In this document: positions 25,201-36,400 of the stretch, in pieces
How the letters are laid out: the number at the start of each line of letters is the position of its first letter
Position numbering within the stretch: position 1 is the first letter of the stretch
Assembly (NCBI RefSeq): GCF_009834535.1
Contig: NC_045711.1
Coordinates: forward strand, 23,002,001-23,066,000
Direction: 5' to 3'
From: Camelus ferus
Taxonomy: Eukaryota
Length of the DNA: 64,000 nucleotides
Program-made: the position numbers and the translations under genes
Notes under the pieces: model-generated
What the model was told of the DNA's origin: nothing
Database searches by the model: none
What the model saw: the letters and a program-made list of their open reading frames with translations, nothing else

Positions 25201-28200
25201 GGGAAATGACCTTCACTTATAAAAGTGGAAAGAAAAAGCGGGCCCACCTTCATTTCCATCTCCATGGCCATTAATAGAAGCTTGATTTACATAAGTTCAC
25301 CGACAGGAGCCACTTTCTTTTTCAGTAGCCTACGCAGCAGAGCATTCACTTTTTATTCTAACCAGACTTGGGTGTTTTTTCCCTTTCATTTAGTTTATGC
25401 ATCTAGCCCACCCCAGTAACCAGTGGTCCATCATTTAATTAAAAATTCATCAACTGCGTCAGAACATCTGAATGATGGGATGGCACACTCAGAATCTGAT
25501 GAAGGGACAAGGACACCCTGGGGACCAGAGGCTGAGCCCAGCCAGGGCTGGGATGAGCAGGTGGCTGGATAGAGCCTCCCACAGATGCTAAAGAAAGAAG
25601 GAGCTGCTCAGGGTGGTGCCCAGGCCTGGACGGTGGGGTTGCTGCCCAGCTGGGCTCAGAGGCCCTCCAGGATTGCCCCTACCCCTCTCTACCTTGTTTC
25701 TATGATAATCAGGAAGCTTGGAGATTTGAGTCCCATCCTGAGAGGCCCAATTCATTAAACCTGAGGTGGGTCCTAGGGATCTGATTTTGCAAGCAGCCCA
25801 CCTGTTGAGAGTTGAATTGTGTCCTCCAAAAAAGATGTATTCAAGCCCTAAGCCCAGGTACGTATGCATGGGACCTCATTTGGAAATGGGGTCCTTACAG
25901 ATGTATTCCAATACCAATCCATGCTGGATTAAAGGGGGCCCTAATAAGACACACAGACAGACAGACAGACAGACAGACACACACACACACACACACACAC
26001 TTTGAGGCCATGTGAAGACAGAGGCAGAGTCTGGAGTGACGCTGTCATAAGCCAAGGAACAGCAAGGATTGCCACGGCCTCCAGGAGTCAGACTTCTGCC
26101 TCCAGTACTGGGAGAGAATCAATTTCAGTTTTTTCTTTTTTTTCAGTTAAAAAAAAATTTTGTGGGGGGGTAGGTAATTAGGTATATTTATTTTATTTAC
26201 TTATTTCTTAGTGGGGGTACCGGGGATTGAACCCAGGACCTTGTGCATGCTAAGCAGGCACTCTACCACTGAGCTATACCCGCCCCCAATTTCTGTTTTT
26301 TCAAAACAGAAATTTAAAAAAATGGCAGTCCCAGGAAACTAACACAGCCCGCCTCCAAGCGGTGCTTATGAAACGGTCTGCAGCCTCACCCTGAGAATCA
26401 GGAGGGAATGGGGGACTGTCCACGCAGGTCCTTTGCTCTCACTCTGTTTCAATCTGTCCTTCAACCAGACAACCCCCCACCTTGAACACTGCCCTCCAAT
26501 CATGGCAGCCACGAGGGAGACCCCAGGCCCCTGGGTCACCCTCGTCTTCCTGCCCCGCCCCTTCTAGGGCTCTGAAAGCCCCCTTTTACATACTACCTCC
26601 CAACCTTCCCAATCCTGAAATCCCCCCGCTGCACCCTCTGCAAGGCTGGCGGGATCAGTCGGCACCAAGTCCCAGAACCCTCAAGCTTTCCTCCCACATC
26701 TCGTCTTCCACACCTGTTGGAAACCTTCCTCCCCCACCCCCACCTGAGTTGTGCCGGTACCAGCATCTTGGGAGGGAGCGGATCCCACAGCCGTCTCCGC
26801 ACTGGCCCTGGGTGGGCATCCTCTGGATATTTCTGGGCCATTCTCCCTCCTTCCTCCCTAAATACCAGCCTTGAACCTCATGCCTTCGGACCCTTCACCC
26901 GGACCCTCCAGGTCACCACTGAAACACCCACCCTCCCTTGAAGGCTCTGGTGCCTGGTTCCCACTACTCTTAATACACTTGCTGTCATTCTCGGGGGTTT
27001 CAGAATCCACAGAGAGAGCATTTCCAAAGTCCTGGCTCTTCAGTTCCTTAGAATCCAATATCTCGGGCCCAACCTCTCCTTCCCATTGTAAGGCTGCCCT
27101 TGACTTAGCAGGTCCTCCAGGTGCTCAGGCCAAAAACCTGGGAGTCATCTCTTATGGCCATCTCTGTTCCCATGCCATAGAATGCTGTTGGCCTGATCTC
27201 TATGGTCACTTCTCCAGGCTTCCTGGCTGTCACCTAGTCTCTCCTCTGGATTCCAGGAGCAGCCTCATGGCTCTCTGGGGATTCTACCTTTGACTGCCAT
27301 CCCACCTCTTCTCAGCACAGTGGCCAAAAGGACCCTGTGAAGGATAAATCCAATCGCATCTCCTGCTGCAACCCCCCCCCCCCCGTCGCTCTGCACACGG
27401 AGCCCTCCCTACTGGACAGTGTCCCACCCTCCGACCTCATCCAGTACCCCCCTCTCCCCGCCCGCATCCCCATCCTGCAGGCACATCCTGCTCTACCACT
27501 CCTTCAAGTGCTTGCCAGGGTGTCCCCTTCTCAGTGATGACTCCCCAGTAGATGCTGCCAGCCCCGCCACCACATCTCCTTCCCTTCCTCCCCTGCTTGC
27601 TTTTCTCTGGGACCTATCACATTCCAGAACACTGTAGAATTTTTTTTTAATGGAGGTACTGGGGATTGAACCCAGGACCTCGTGCATGCTAAGCACGTGT
27701 ATTCTACCACTGAGCTCTCCCCCCACCCCCGTGCTTATTTTTATTATCACCTGTCCCTCCAGCCCCACTAGAGTGTAGGCTTCCGGGGGGCAGGGATCTG
27801 TTTTGTTTCTGCACCCTGTGGGTCCATTCTGGGGTCCAGAGCAGCACCGGGCACCAAACAGGGGCTCAACCCATAATGGCTGAATGAATGAGTAAGCAGG
27901 ACTTCTCGGCAAGCATCTGAGCAGAAGTCAGGGGCGGCTGGACTGGTGGAACGGCCCTGCCCACGTACTTCCCGGAGACCCGGAGGCCTGGGCCCAGCGC
28001 TGGCTGTTCTTTTGAACGGAAACACCGTGATGTGTTTGTTTTTAAAGAGAATGAGGAAATGATAGTTCAGCCTGAGCCTCATTCAAGTCAGACCCACCCT
28101 TAAGGGTAACAGAGGAGGTGGCTGTGGCTGCAACCATGTGACAAGGTTCAGACAAGAACTGAGGGAGAGTAGACCCCCTTGCGGAGACCTGGAAAGGGGG

Positions 28201-29345
28201 TGAAAGGCCACATTGAGCTGAAGGGCGATAGGGCCAGAAATGGGGGCGGAAGGGGAAGAGGGCAGGAGAGAGGAGGGAGCAGAAAGGTGGAGGGGGCAGG
28301 GCTAGGAGCACCCCCTCCCCCTAGAGGAGGAGGGGGTGCCCTGACCACCTCCTGCTGCCTCTGAGAGTAAGGCAGCCCCCCTCCCGCTGGCTGGACCTCT
28401 GGGAGGGAGGGGGAGTCGGGGAGCCCCGACGTCCTTATTCTCTCCCCGCCCTTCTCCCGGGCCAAGGTGCCTGCCAGAATGCCCCCAGCCCTCCCTGGGG
28501 TCACACCCACCCAGAGAGGCTTCTGCTACAGATCAGGCACTTGGGGTAGTGATGGAGGACCTGCCCAGGGGCACGCCCTCTGCCCCCTTTCACTGCCAAC
28601 TCCCCGCTGCGCACACAGCCCAAGCAGAAGCCAAGCACTTTCCTTGGCCAAGTCACCATCCCAACTGTCCGGCTGTCTGTCGTTCCCCCACTGCCCCCAC
28701 CTCCTCAGCCTTCTCCTCTCCGCATTCCACCCCCAACCCTGCTCCAACCCCAGGGCCCTGCAAGGGTCAACGCTGGGTTCTAAAGTTGTCACTCACCAGT
28801 GACAACCCCCTCCCCCACCCCCGGCCAAGGTGCCTACCACAGGTGAGGGCTCTGATTCTCCCTCCCCCTCCAGTGTGCCGGGAGACTCACCTTCCTGCTT
28901 CGCAGAGCTGCTGGTGGCTGTAAGAGAGGGGAGGGGGAGAGCGGTAAGGAGAGCCCAGGGTGGAGGGGAGGCCAGAGACCGCCCAGAAAGCCTCGTATGG
29001 AGCCCAGAACTCAACAAGCTCCTTCACATTTGGAAAGTACAGAAGCTCTTTGGAGCCCAGAGCATTTCATACCATCAGCCCACTTCGCAGATGAGTAAAG
29101 AGTGGGCAAAGCAGTAAATGGGCTGCGTACGCAGTAAGGGGCTGGTCGGAGACTTATGCCCAAATCTTGCCCTCTCTGTCCTGTACTTCTGGAGGTGTCT
29201 GTGCCATTGGGTGCCACCTCTTCTGTGCCCCCTAGACCCCCAGACCCTGAGCCTGCCACCTCAAGGCCCTGGCAGCCCCCCACCCCCACCCCGTGAGGTC
29301 TCCAGTCAGCTCACCGGCTAAGCAGAGGAGCAGAAGGAGCCTCAT
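19266..29345 (-). CDS. C17orf99: C17orf99/IL-40 orthologue; exons 29345-29315, 28917-28891, [21443-~21145 defective], 19798-19529, 19363-19266
   Basis: Signal peptide [19 protein letters not shown] split over two phase-1 mini-exons with good splice sites. Two Ig-like exons ([12 protein letters not shown]..., [21 protein letters not shown]...) and a final exon with a hydrophobic tail. Syntenic between SYNGR2 and TMC8. Confidence 0.85.
20026..20138 (+). mobile_element. MER53-like hAT MITE, internally deleted
   Basis: GGGTTGCCAGA...ACCCAGTTAAATTTGAATTTCAGAT start and TATCTAGCAGCCCT end (terminal inverted repeats). Confidence 0.7.
21145..21443 (-). pseudogene. C17orf99: C17orf99 exon 3 (Ig domain 1), apparently decayed
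   Basis: Acceptor CTTCTAG is intact and the frame is open. No usable phase-1 GT donor occurs before TAA at 21111-21109. The F-strand Y-x-C motif reads C-F-R. Confidence 0.55.
21505..22060 (+). mobile_element. Old LINE-1 (L1M-type) 3' fragment
   Basis: ATTCCACTCCTAG, CCCAGATGTCCATCAGTGGATGAA, GCAGCCATCAAAAGGAATGA and TATGATTCCATT blocks, ending in an A-rich tail. Confidence 0.8.
22078..23876. mobile_element. DNA-transposon-like element with ~100-bp imperfect terminal inverted repeats; family unresolved
   Basis: 22078-22180 aligns with the reverse complement of 23782-23876 (core AATTGGCGGTAAGGCAATTTTGCC vs AATTGACCATAAGGCAATTTTGCC). The interior is AT-rich. Confidence 0.65.
22595..23477 (-). 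mobile_element. 5'-truncated artiodactyl-type LINE-1 nested in the TIR element (contains a gap)
   Basis: Poly(T) at 22595, ORF2-like peptide [32 protein letters not shown], and a target-site duplication TGATACCTCT at 22585-22594 and 23478-23487. Confidence 0.88.
24636..24800 (+). mobile_element. MER20-like element
   Basis: CAGTGGTTCTCA...GGGGTGATT, GACACTTTTGATTGTCACAA and GCCCCCACAACAGAG blocks. Confidence 0.7.
25803..26346 (+). mobile_element. MLT1-type MaLR LTR containing a (CAGA)n(CA)n microsatellite and an inserted SINE
   Basis: TGTTGAGAGTTGAATTGTGTCC start, GGAAATGGGGTCCTTACAGATG, GCCAAGGAACAGCAAGGATTG, and GGAAACTAACACA end. Confidence 0.75.
26136..26286 (-). mobile_element. tRNA-derived SINE (Vic-1-like, camelid)
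   Basis: Reverse complement of ...GTATAGCTCAGTGGTAGAG...GGTTCAATCCCC (A and B boxes). 16-bp TSD CAATTTC(A/T)GTTTTTTC at 26120-26135 and 26287-26302. Confidence 0.88.
27640..27729 (-). mobile_element. tRNA-derived SINE (Vic-1-like), short copy
   Basis: TGGAGGTACTGGGGATTGAACCCAGGACCTCGTGCATGCTAAGCAC...TACCACTGAGCT on the + strand. Confidence 0.85.
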
Positions 29346-30988
29346 GGCTCTGCAGCGCGGGGCCCTCTGCCCGGGCGAGCAAGAGTGTCCTCGGTTGAGG
29401 CCACCTCCACTCTGGGGCCCCTGGCTGCCCCCCGGGTGGGTGCCTGCAGTGGAGAGATAATCTGGAGGTGACAGCGCCCCAGGGCCGGGCCCAGGACAGC
29501 AGCTCCCCCCCCCCCCCCCGGGAGTTAGGAGGCACCTGGAGCCCGTCCAGGGCTCACGCTCAGCCGCCGCCGCCGCTGAGCCCTCGGACCCTGGGCTCCT
29601 GGGTCTGGGAGGTGGACGTCCGCGTCCTCACCCCTGGAGCGCCGTGTTTATGGTAGCTGGCAAGGGACAACTGAGTTTGCTCATCTGCTGATTTTGAGAG
29701 GAGGGGATTATCCCAGATTATTGAGGCGGGCCTGATGTAACTGTGAGGGTCCTTCGAAGAACTGGTGGGCCTGGGCCCTCAGGGCAGCCGGAGCAGAGAG
29801 AGAGCAGAGGGAGCAGTGAGGTGGGGACCGGGACCCAGCCAATCCCTCAGTGAGCCCTCAGCCCCCGGGCAGGACGGGCTGCCCCCCAGCTAGGCCTTTT
29901 TTGTTGTTGTTAACGAATGAAATGCCTTCACTGAAACACTCCCTGGTCACACGTTGCAGAGTTGCGTGTTTCACTCCTGCTACCACAGCATCCGGAGCTG
30001 GGATTTGTGCACTGTTGCCCTCCTTGGGGAAGATGTCCCGCCCCCAGGGGACCATTCGCTTCCAGTGGGAGCTCCTCTCTCCCTCAGGGCTCACAGGTCA
30101 AACACACCGTCTCCCCAGCCCAGCCCAGGACCGGGCACCTGGCCCAAGGAAGGCAAATGACAGCCCTGCCCCCCCGGCCCCCTTGGCCCTGCTCAGGGGG
30201 CCCTATGGAGGCCCATGAGATCCGGGGGTGTTGGGAAGCTGGTCTGGCGGGATGACCCTGCCCACCTGCGTGCGAGCAGCAGGAAGGACAGAACAAGGTT
30301 GGGGTTGGTGGGGGGAGCCAGACTCTGGGCGCAGTGTCCTGGAGCTCCTTGGGCACCAGCTTTGTCTGCCACCTCAGGTCCCTTCTCCCCAGTGGGTAAG
30401 ACAGTCCCTGTCCCTTGCTGCCAGAGGCCTGACTTGTGTCCTTGGGGACGTGCTCTAGGGACCCACCTATCCTTCTGCGTTTGGGGAACAAGACCTAATT
30501 TTCTCTCAGTTTCCTAGCGGAATTCCCTTCCAGGAAGTCTGTTCTCACTCTGCTAGGAGGGGATGGAGGAAGGAATTGAGGATTGAAGACAGAAGGGTCC
30601 CCTCAGCTGCTGGCAATCTGTTGCCTGAAGGCCCAGAAACTCACATTTTCCCCCCTATGTGGTACACAGGGCATCAGATTCGAGCTAAGGCGGCTCATGA
30701 GAAGCCCCCTCCCTGACCCCGTTTCATCAGCGTGTTTGGGGAGCCAGTCAGAGCAGAGAGCAGCGAAGGGACAATAGGGACAATTCCTCCAGGACTTGGA
30801 GGGACAGGCGCATCTTTCCTGCCCATCCCTGGGAACCCTGGTGTGCGTCAGATGAGAGCTGCTTCTCTGGTGTGTCCTGCCTTCTCCACAGGCTGCAGCT
30901 GAGGACAGGACTGAGGACATACCAGGTCACCCAGGTTGAGTGGAGTTGGGGTGCAGCTTTCTTGTTACCCACTACAGGCTCATGCTTT

Positions 30989-31122
30989 TTTTTAATCTTT
31001 TTTTTGGGGGGGGGGTAATTAGGTTTATTTATTTAATTATTTTAATGGAGGTACTGGGGACTGAACCCAGGACCTCATGCATGCTAAGCGTGTGTTCTAA
31101 CCACTGAGCTATACTCTCGCCC
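30989..31122 (-). mobile_element. tRNA-derived SINE (Vic-1-like)
   Basis: Same core, with a perfect 14-bp TSD CAGGCTCATGCTTT at 30975-30988 and 31123-31136. Confidence 0.9.
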
Positions 31123-32145
31123 CAGGCTCATGCTTTGTGACTTCTGCCCACCGAGGGCCAGTCTCCTCTATGACTGATGAAAGGTCTTACCAGCACGTCA
31201 CGTTCCTGGGAGGGTCCCGGGTGGGGGGCTGGGCTGTGCTGGGCTGCCTTGGCCTGCGGAACTGGGAGGTCCCGTAGCTGGGTGCCCCCTCGGCTGAGGG
31301 GAAAGAATCCAGAAACCACCCCTGCTAGATGGGCCCCGGGGCCCCTGCCCTCCTCCATCTGCATGGGCTCTGGCCCCTGGAGGGACCCTCACTTCACAGT
31401 AACCCCCATGGGCCTCTCCCTGACCAGGTGTGTCTTCTTTGCTGCTGGTGGGGAGGCTTGGTATCCGGCCCCTGGCTCCCTGTCACCTACAAAAAAATCA
31501 TCCAAGCCCAGCCTTAGGTGTGCCGGCTCCCTCTCCACTCTGCTTGTCTTCACGGGCCCCACAGCCCAGTCGAGAAGCCTGACTCGGAGTTTCCACAGCC
31601 CAACCCTGCACCGCCCACCTCTACACCTTTGCCCTGGCCATCCCTGTGCATTTATCTCTCATGACTCCGCTCTCCTCCCAGGCCCCACTAGTCACCTGCT
31701 CCAAGAAACCCTCCTGCTGGTGCTGACAGCCCCTCGCTGTGCCCCAGTTGCCTTGCTGGGCAGGCATGGTCCCTTGGGCCACTGGGGCCACTTCCCATCT
31801 CTCCTACTTCACTCCTTTAGGCTAAGGACCACATTGTAATAGGACCTCAACTATCCTCCCCAGAAGGGTAAGACACCCATCTTTATAAGGAACTGCTCAC
31901 TCAGTCCTCACAACCACTCAGAGGAGGACGGTGTCACCTCCAGGCTTTGGTCGAGCAAACCGAAGCCCAGTTTGAGTTCCCCTAAGGTCTGAAAGCTCGC
32001 CCCGCCCACATCCCGTGATGCACTTGGCTGGCTCTCTGAAGGCAGGTGAAGGTGCTAAGCGAAGGGCCTTGATGTTTCAGTGCTGCAGGTTCTCCCAGTC
32101 AGTGCCCATCGGCCACCTCCTGGGGGCTCATTAAAACACATCACT

Positions 32146-32288
32146 GGGGAGAGGGTATAGCTCAGTGGTAAAGTGCGTGCTTAGCATGCACAAGGTCCTG
32201 GGTTCAATCCGCAGTACTTCCACCAAAAAAAAAAAAAATTAAACAATACATAAAGAAACGTAATTACCACCCCCCTCAATCCGAAACC
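32146..32288 (+). mobile_element. tRNA-derived SINE (Vic-1-like) inserted in a MER5A-like element
   Basis: GGGGAGAGGGTATAGCTCAGTGGTAAAG...GGTTCAATCC. TT/AAAA insertion site and TSD AAAACACATC(A/G)CT at 32133-32145 and 32289-32301. Confidence 0.9.
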
Positions 32289-33479
32289 AAAACACATCGC
32301 TGGGCCCCACCCTTGGGGGGGGCGGAGCCTGAGAACTGGCATTTCTAACAAGTTCCCCAGAGATGTTGGTGCTGCTGGTCTGGGAAGACACTTTGGCCCT
32401 AAGCTGCTAATTAATGTGCGTCCCTTTCATCAGGGTCAGGCGGCGGCCCTCCCCAGACCGAGCATACAGCTCCATGTGTTCCCCTCGCAGCCTCATCACC
32501 AGCCCCAGAATAGGGCCCGGCCGTTGTTGACAAACTGATGGGTCATGTGGTGCTGGGTGAGTGAGAGAAGCACGGGGACAGGAGGAGCTGAACCAGCCAA
32601 GCCTTTAATGACCACCTGAAGCCCCTGGGCTAAGGGCACCAGGCCAGAGCCGCCCGAACGCCGTGTCCAGGCCAGGAACCCAGCCAGGCACTGGGCTCCT
32701 GCGTTCCTGTGGGAAGGGCTTTTCAAGCACATCCTGGGGTTTCTCCTAACCTTCCCTCCTGACAGCTCTTTAAGCCAGCAGTTCTCAACCCCGGCTGCTG
32801 GCGAGAGCCCCCTGGGAGATTCAGAAAGTCCCAGTGCCCGGCTGCTGGCTGCACCTGGTCAGTCACAGCGGACTCTCTGGCACAGGGCCAGCTTCTCAGG
32901 TGTTCTCAGAGGCCGAGAACCTCGGGGACTGGAGGCGTGGGAATCTCAGACGCAGCTCCACCTCCCTGGGCCGCCGGTTCTGTCTCAATGCAGGTCACAC
33001 CTGAGCTCTGCCCCTCGCTCTCTCTTAACCTCGGTGGGTCTCATTGGTCTCGCAGATAAAGCAGGAATAACGGGGGAGGGGTTGGCAGGTCCCCAGCGTG
33101 GGTTTGCTCTCACTGTGGCTAGGCCTTCCCCTTCCCATAGGTGGCGCTCTCCAAACTTTTCTAATGCCACTCCCCACAGTAAACTGCTGAGCTCTCCCAA
33201 TGGATGTGTTTATAAACCGCACTCACGGGTTACTATACTAATATATTATGTATATTATCCAACATTAAACAAAAACAGAAACTTTAACGGGCTGAGATTA
33301 AAATATAAATATAAGCTCCCACATTTCCTTCCTGCTGTCCCTAGGTGTATGCACCCCGCCTTGGAGCACCCTGCTGGAGGGCCACGGAGAGGGCTGGTGG
33401 TCACCAGGGGTCAGGGGCGTGAGGCGACGGGGTGCACGTGGGACCCTGGGGAGGCTCCGGGCGGAGGTGGGGGACGCTG

Positions 33480-36400
33480 CTATAGCTTCGAACCGCTGGG
33501 GAAGCGGAATCTATGGGCAGCGACCGGGACACCTCGCAACTCTGTGGGATCCTTGAGGGAGGGCCCGGGCCTGGGGGACCTGGATCCCGGGGAACCTGGG
33601 CACGGGAATCCGGGGCAGAAGGACCGCGGGCGCGAACTTCGGGAGAGAGGGGACTCGGGTCTTAGAGAATCGCCGGGGCCCGGCTCCGGCAGCAGTCGCG
33701 ACAGGTCATCCACTAGGTGCCACTTCTCCTGGACTTGCTGGGGGTGGGGGTTGAGCAGCAGGGTTAGGGAAGAGGCGCCTCCTCTCACCAGCCGGCGCAG
33801 GGAGAAGCCGGCACCGCAGTGGCAGCTCCGAGGTCCCGCCGGGCCCAGAGCTCCCACCCCACCCCGCTACAGTCACGCCCAGAGGCCCCGCCCCCATCCG
33901 GCCCGGCCCCCACCAGATGCCCTGCCCAGGCCAGGCCCCACCCCAGCCAAGCCAGAGACCGCGCCCTCTCCAGAGTTCACCCCAGCCCGAGGCCGCGCCC
34001 CACCACGGTCCCACGCCAGCCTGGTCACAGAGCACGCCCCCACCAGAGTCCCGCCTCCTACCCCAGCCCAAGGACACACGTTTATTAAACCGGATCCCCA
34101 AGCCTAGAGCTGCATTCCTGTCGCCTGGCTCCCGGCCTGAGGCCAAGCCTTAGAAGCCCGTTCCCTCCCTCCACCTTCCTCGCTTTAGTCCGCAGCCTGA
34201 GGCCACACTCCTCAGGGTCTCGCCCGCAATCGGGGGCCACTCCCCAGTCTAGCGGGCACTCACCCACACCAGCTGCTTCCGGAGCCCCCGGATGGCCCTC
34301 GCATTGGCCTGGGACTGGGAGACGCACACGGTCAGGACAAGGCTTTGGACAAAGGACGCAAGGTCAGTCACCCTCCTCCCCCACCTCGGACTTCCTCCTC
34401 ACCAGTTTTAAATGGAGGTAAACTTTTTTTTGGTGGAGGAGGTAATTAGGTCTTTTAGTGGAAGTACTGGCGATTGAACCCGGGACCCGTGCACGCTAGG
34501 CTGGCACTCTACCGCTGAGCCACGCCCTCCACCCCGCAACCCTAGTCTTTTAAAAGAGGCCTCCTGGGGTCTTCTCTCTGCCAGGCTCCCAGGCACGGCT
34601 TTCTCTCTCCTCTCCTTCCACTGGTGGGTCGCTCAGCCCCTCTACTCCAAGTGGGAAGGCAATCAGTAACAGAAAGATGGCAGGGTTTCAGCGTTTCTGC
34701 TGCTTTCCCAGTGGTCCTGTGAGGTGCTGGCTTTACAGGTGAGGCCCTGAGGGGGCTACCCAGGGGACCCCCCCAGGCCACCAGCCCTTGGACCGCTGCT
34801 GTGTCCCTGGTATCCCCTTGTCTGGCTCCTGGATCCCAAGACTGGCAGGGGGTGCCAAGGAAGGAAGGCCCCCCCACCCCGTGTTCCCGCCCTTGGCCCC
34901 TGCTGCCTTGAAAGGCACCTGAGCAGTACGAGGAGGGGGAAGCTGAAGGCTTGGGAGCCGAGGTAGTGAAGGATGCGCTGGCCCGGGGGCAGGAGCCGGA
35001 GGGCCACCAGCTCTGGGACCACCTGCCAGGGGGCCGAGTAGTTGGTGAAGAGGCCGCAGTCCCAGGAGGAGCGGATGCTGCAGAGAGATGATCAGAGGAG
35101 GGCTGGGGTCAGGGTCCAGGGTAGGATCAGCCAGCCTGGCAGCCTCGGTCCCTCGGCTCCCCTCACCTGCTGACCACATAGCCCAGGGGCACGGTGGCCA
35201 GGAGCAGGCCCAGGAGGAGCACCAGTTGGAAGAAGAAGGTGGAGCTGGAGGCTCGGAATCGCCGAAGGGACGCCCTGGAGTTCCTCAGCAGCGTGTACTG
35301 GGGAGCGAGGGACAACACATGCGGCTGTGGGCCCAGTTTGCAGACGCCCCGGGAAGTGACTGGTGGGGCGGAAGCAGGACCCAAAACCTGCCCTGCACAC
35401 AGGTGCATCCCCCACCCCCAGAGCCCTCACCTTCTTCATGTAGAAGGTGAGGAAGATGAAGACGCTGTTGAGCAGGGGCAGCAGGGGGCAGTAGAAGAGG
35501 CCCATCCAGGTGACCGTCTGCCCCTCCACAATGTCCAGCACGTTCTTGGGTACTAGGAACTCCTCCCGGTCCAGCCAGGCCCAGAACCGGCCTGAGAACC
35601 GCTCCACCAGCAGCCTGGGGGAGGGGAGCGTCCAGGTACCCACTACCCGGGAGGAGCGCGTGGACCACCGCTCGCTCACTCACTCACATGGACACATGCG
35701 TGTAGAGCTGCTCACCCTTGGCTGCGACCCCTGGCTCCCCCCAGACGTGCCCACGCCTCCCCACCCCGTGTCCCCAGGTGGCTCACCTCCTAGGCAGGCT
35801 GACAAGGAAGGTGACGGCCACCGTGAGGAGGAAGTTGAAGATGCTGAGTTTGTACAGCTCCTCTCCCACTGAGTTCTCCCAGCACTGGTCAGAGGGGGCG
35901 CTTGTCACCACCCTCGTTCCCCAGCCACCCCTCACCCTCCCGCTGAGGGGGTCTGTGTGGTACAGAAGCCTGGAGTCTGATACGATTGCTAAGTTAAAAC
36001 CCTGACCTCGAGGATAAGATCCGAGCAAAGAAACCCACATTCAGGGCGGCTGCCCTGCGCAGAGCAGTGTAATGCGGACGGCGCCCCCTGTAGGTGGCTG
36101 CTGGGCGGGCAGCTCTGCCCACAGCCTCTCGCAAAGGCCATGCTGGGAGAGGGACAATTAGCACAGGGAGGTGGGGTTCTGCAGAGGACAGGAGGGACAG
36201 GCCCTGGCGGAGCCCCCAGCCACCTGGTAGTCACAGGCGTTGTAGCCGTAGGACTCACAGCTGGTCCTGTTTCTGCCGACGCACAGCACGGTCTGGCCCA
36301 GCGAGAAGGAGAACATTCCCAGGCTGGCCAGCTTCAGGACCACGCACCTGGGGGCCAGGGGGTGGGGACTGCATCAGGGGGAGGGGCCAGGGGCACCTGC

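Noticed and set aside
32146-32225. tRNA-like sequence with A and B boxes
   Set aside because: It has an A-rich tail and a TSD and belongs to a five-copy family, so it is a SINE head rather than a tRNA gene.
33034-34107. 357-aa + strand ORF antisense to the TMC8 3' end
   Set aside because: It starts at a non-ATG codon, is Pro/Gly/Arg low-complexity sequence from a GC-rich stop-poor region, and has no recognisable domain.
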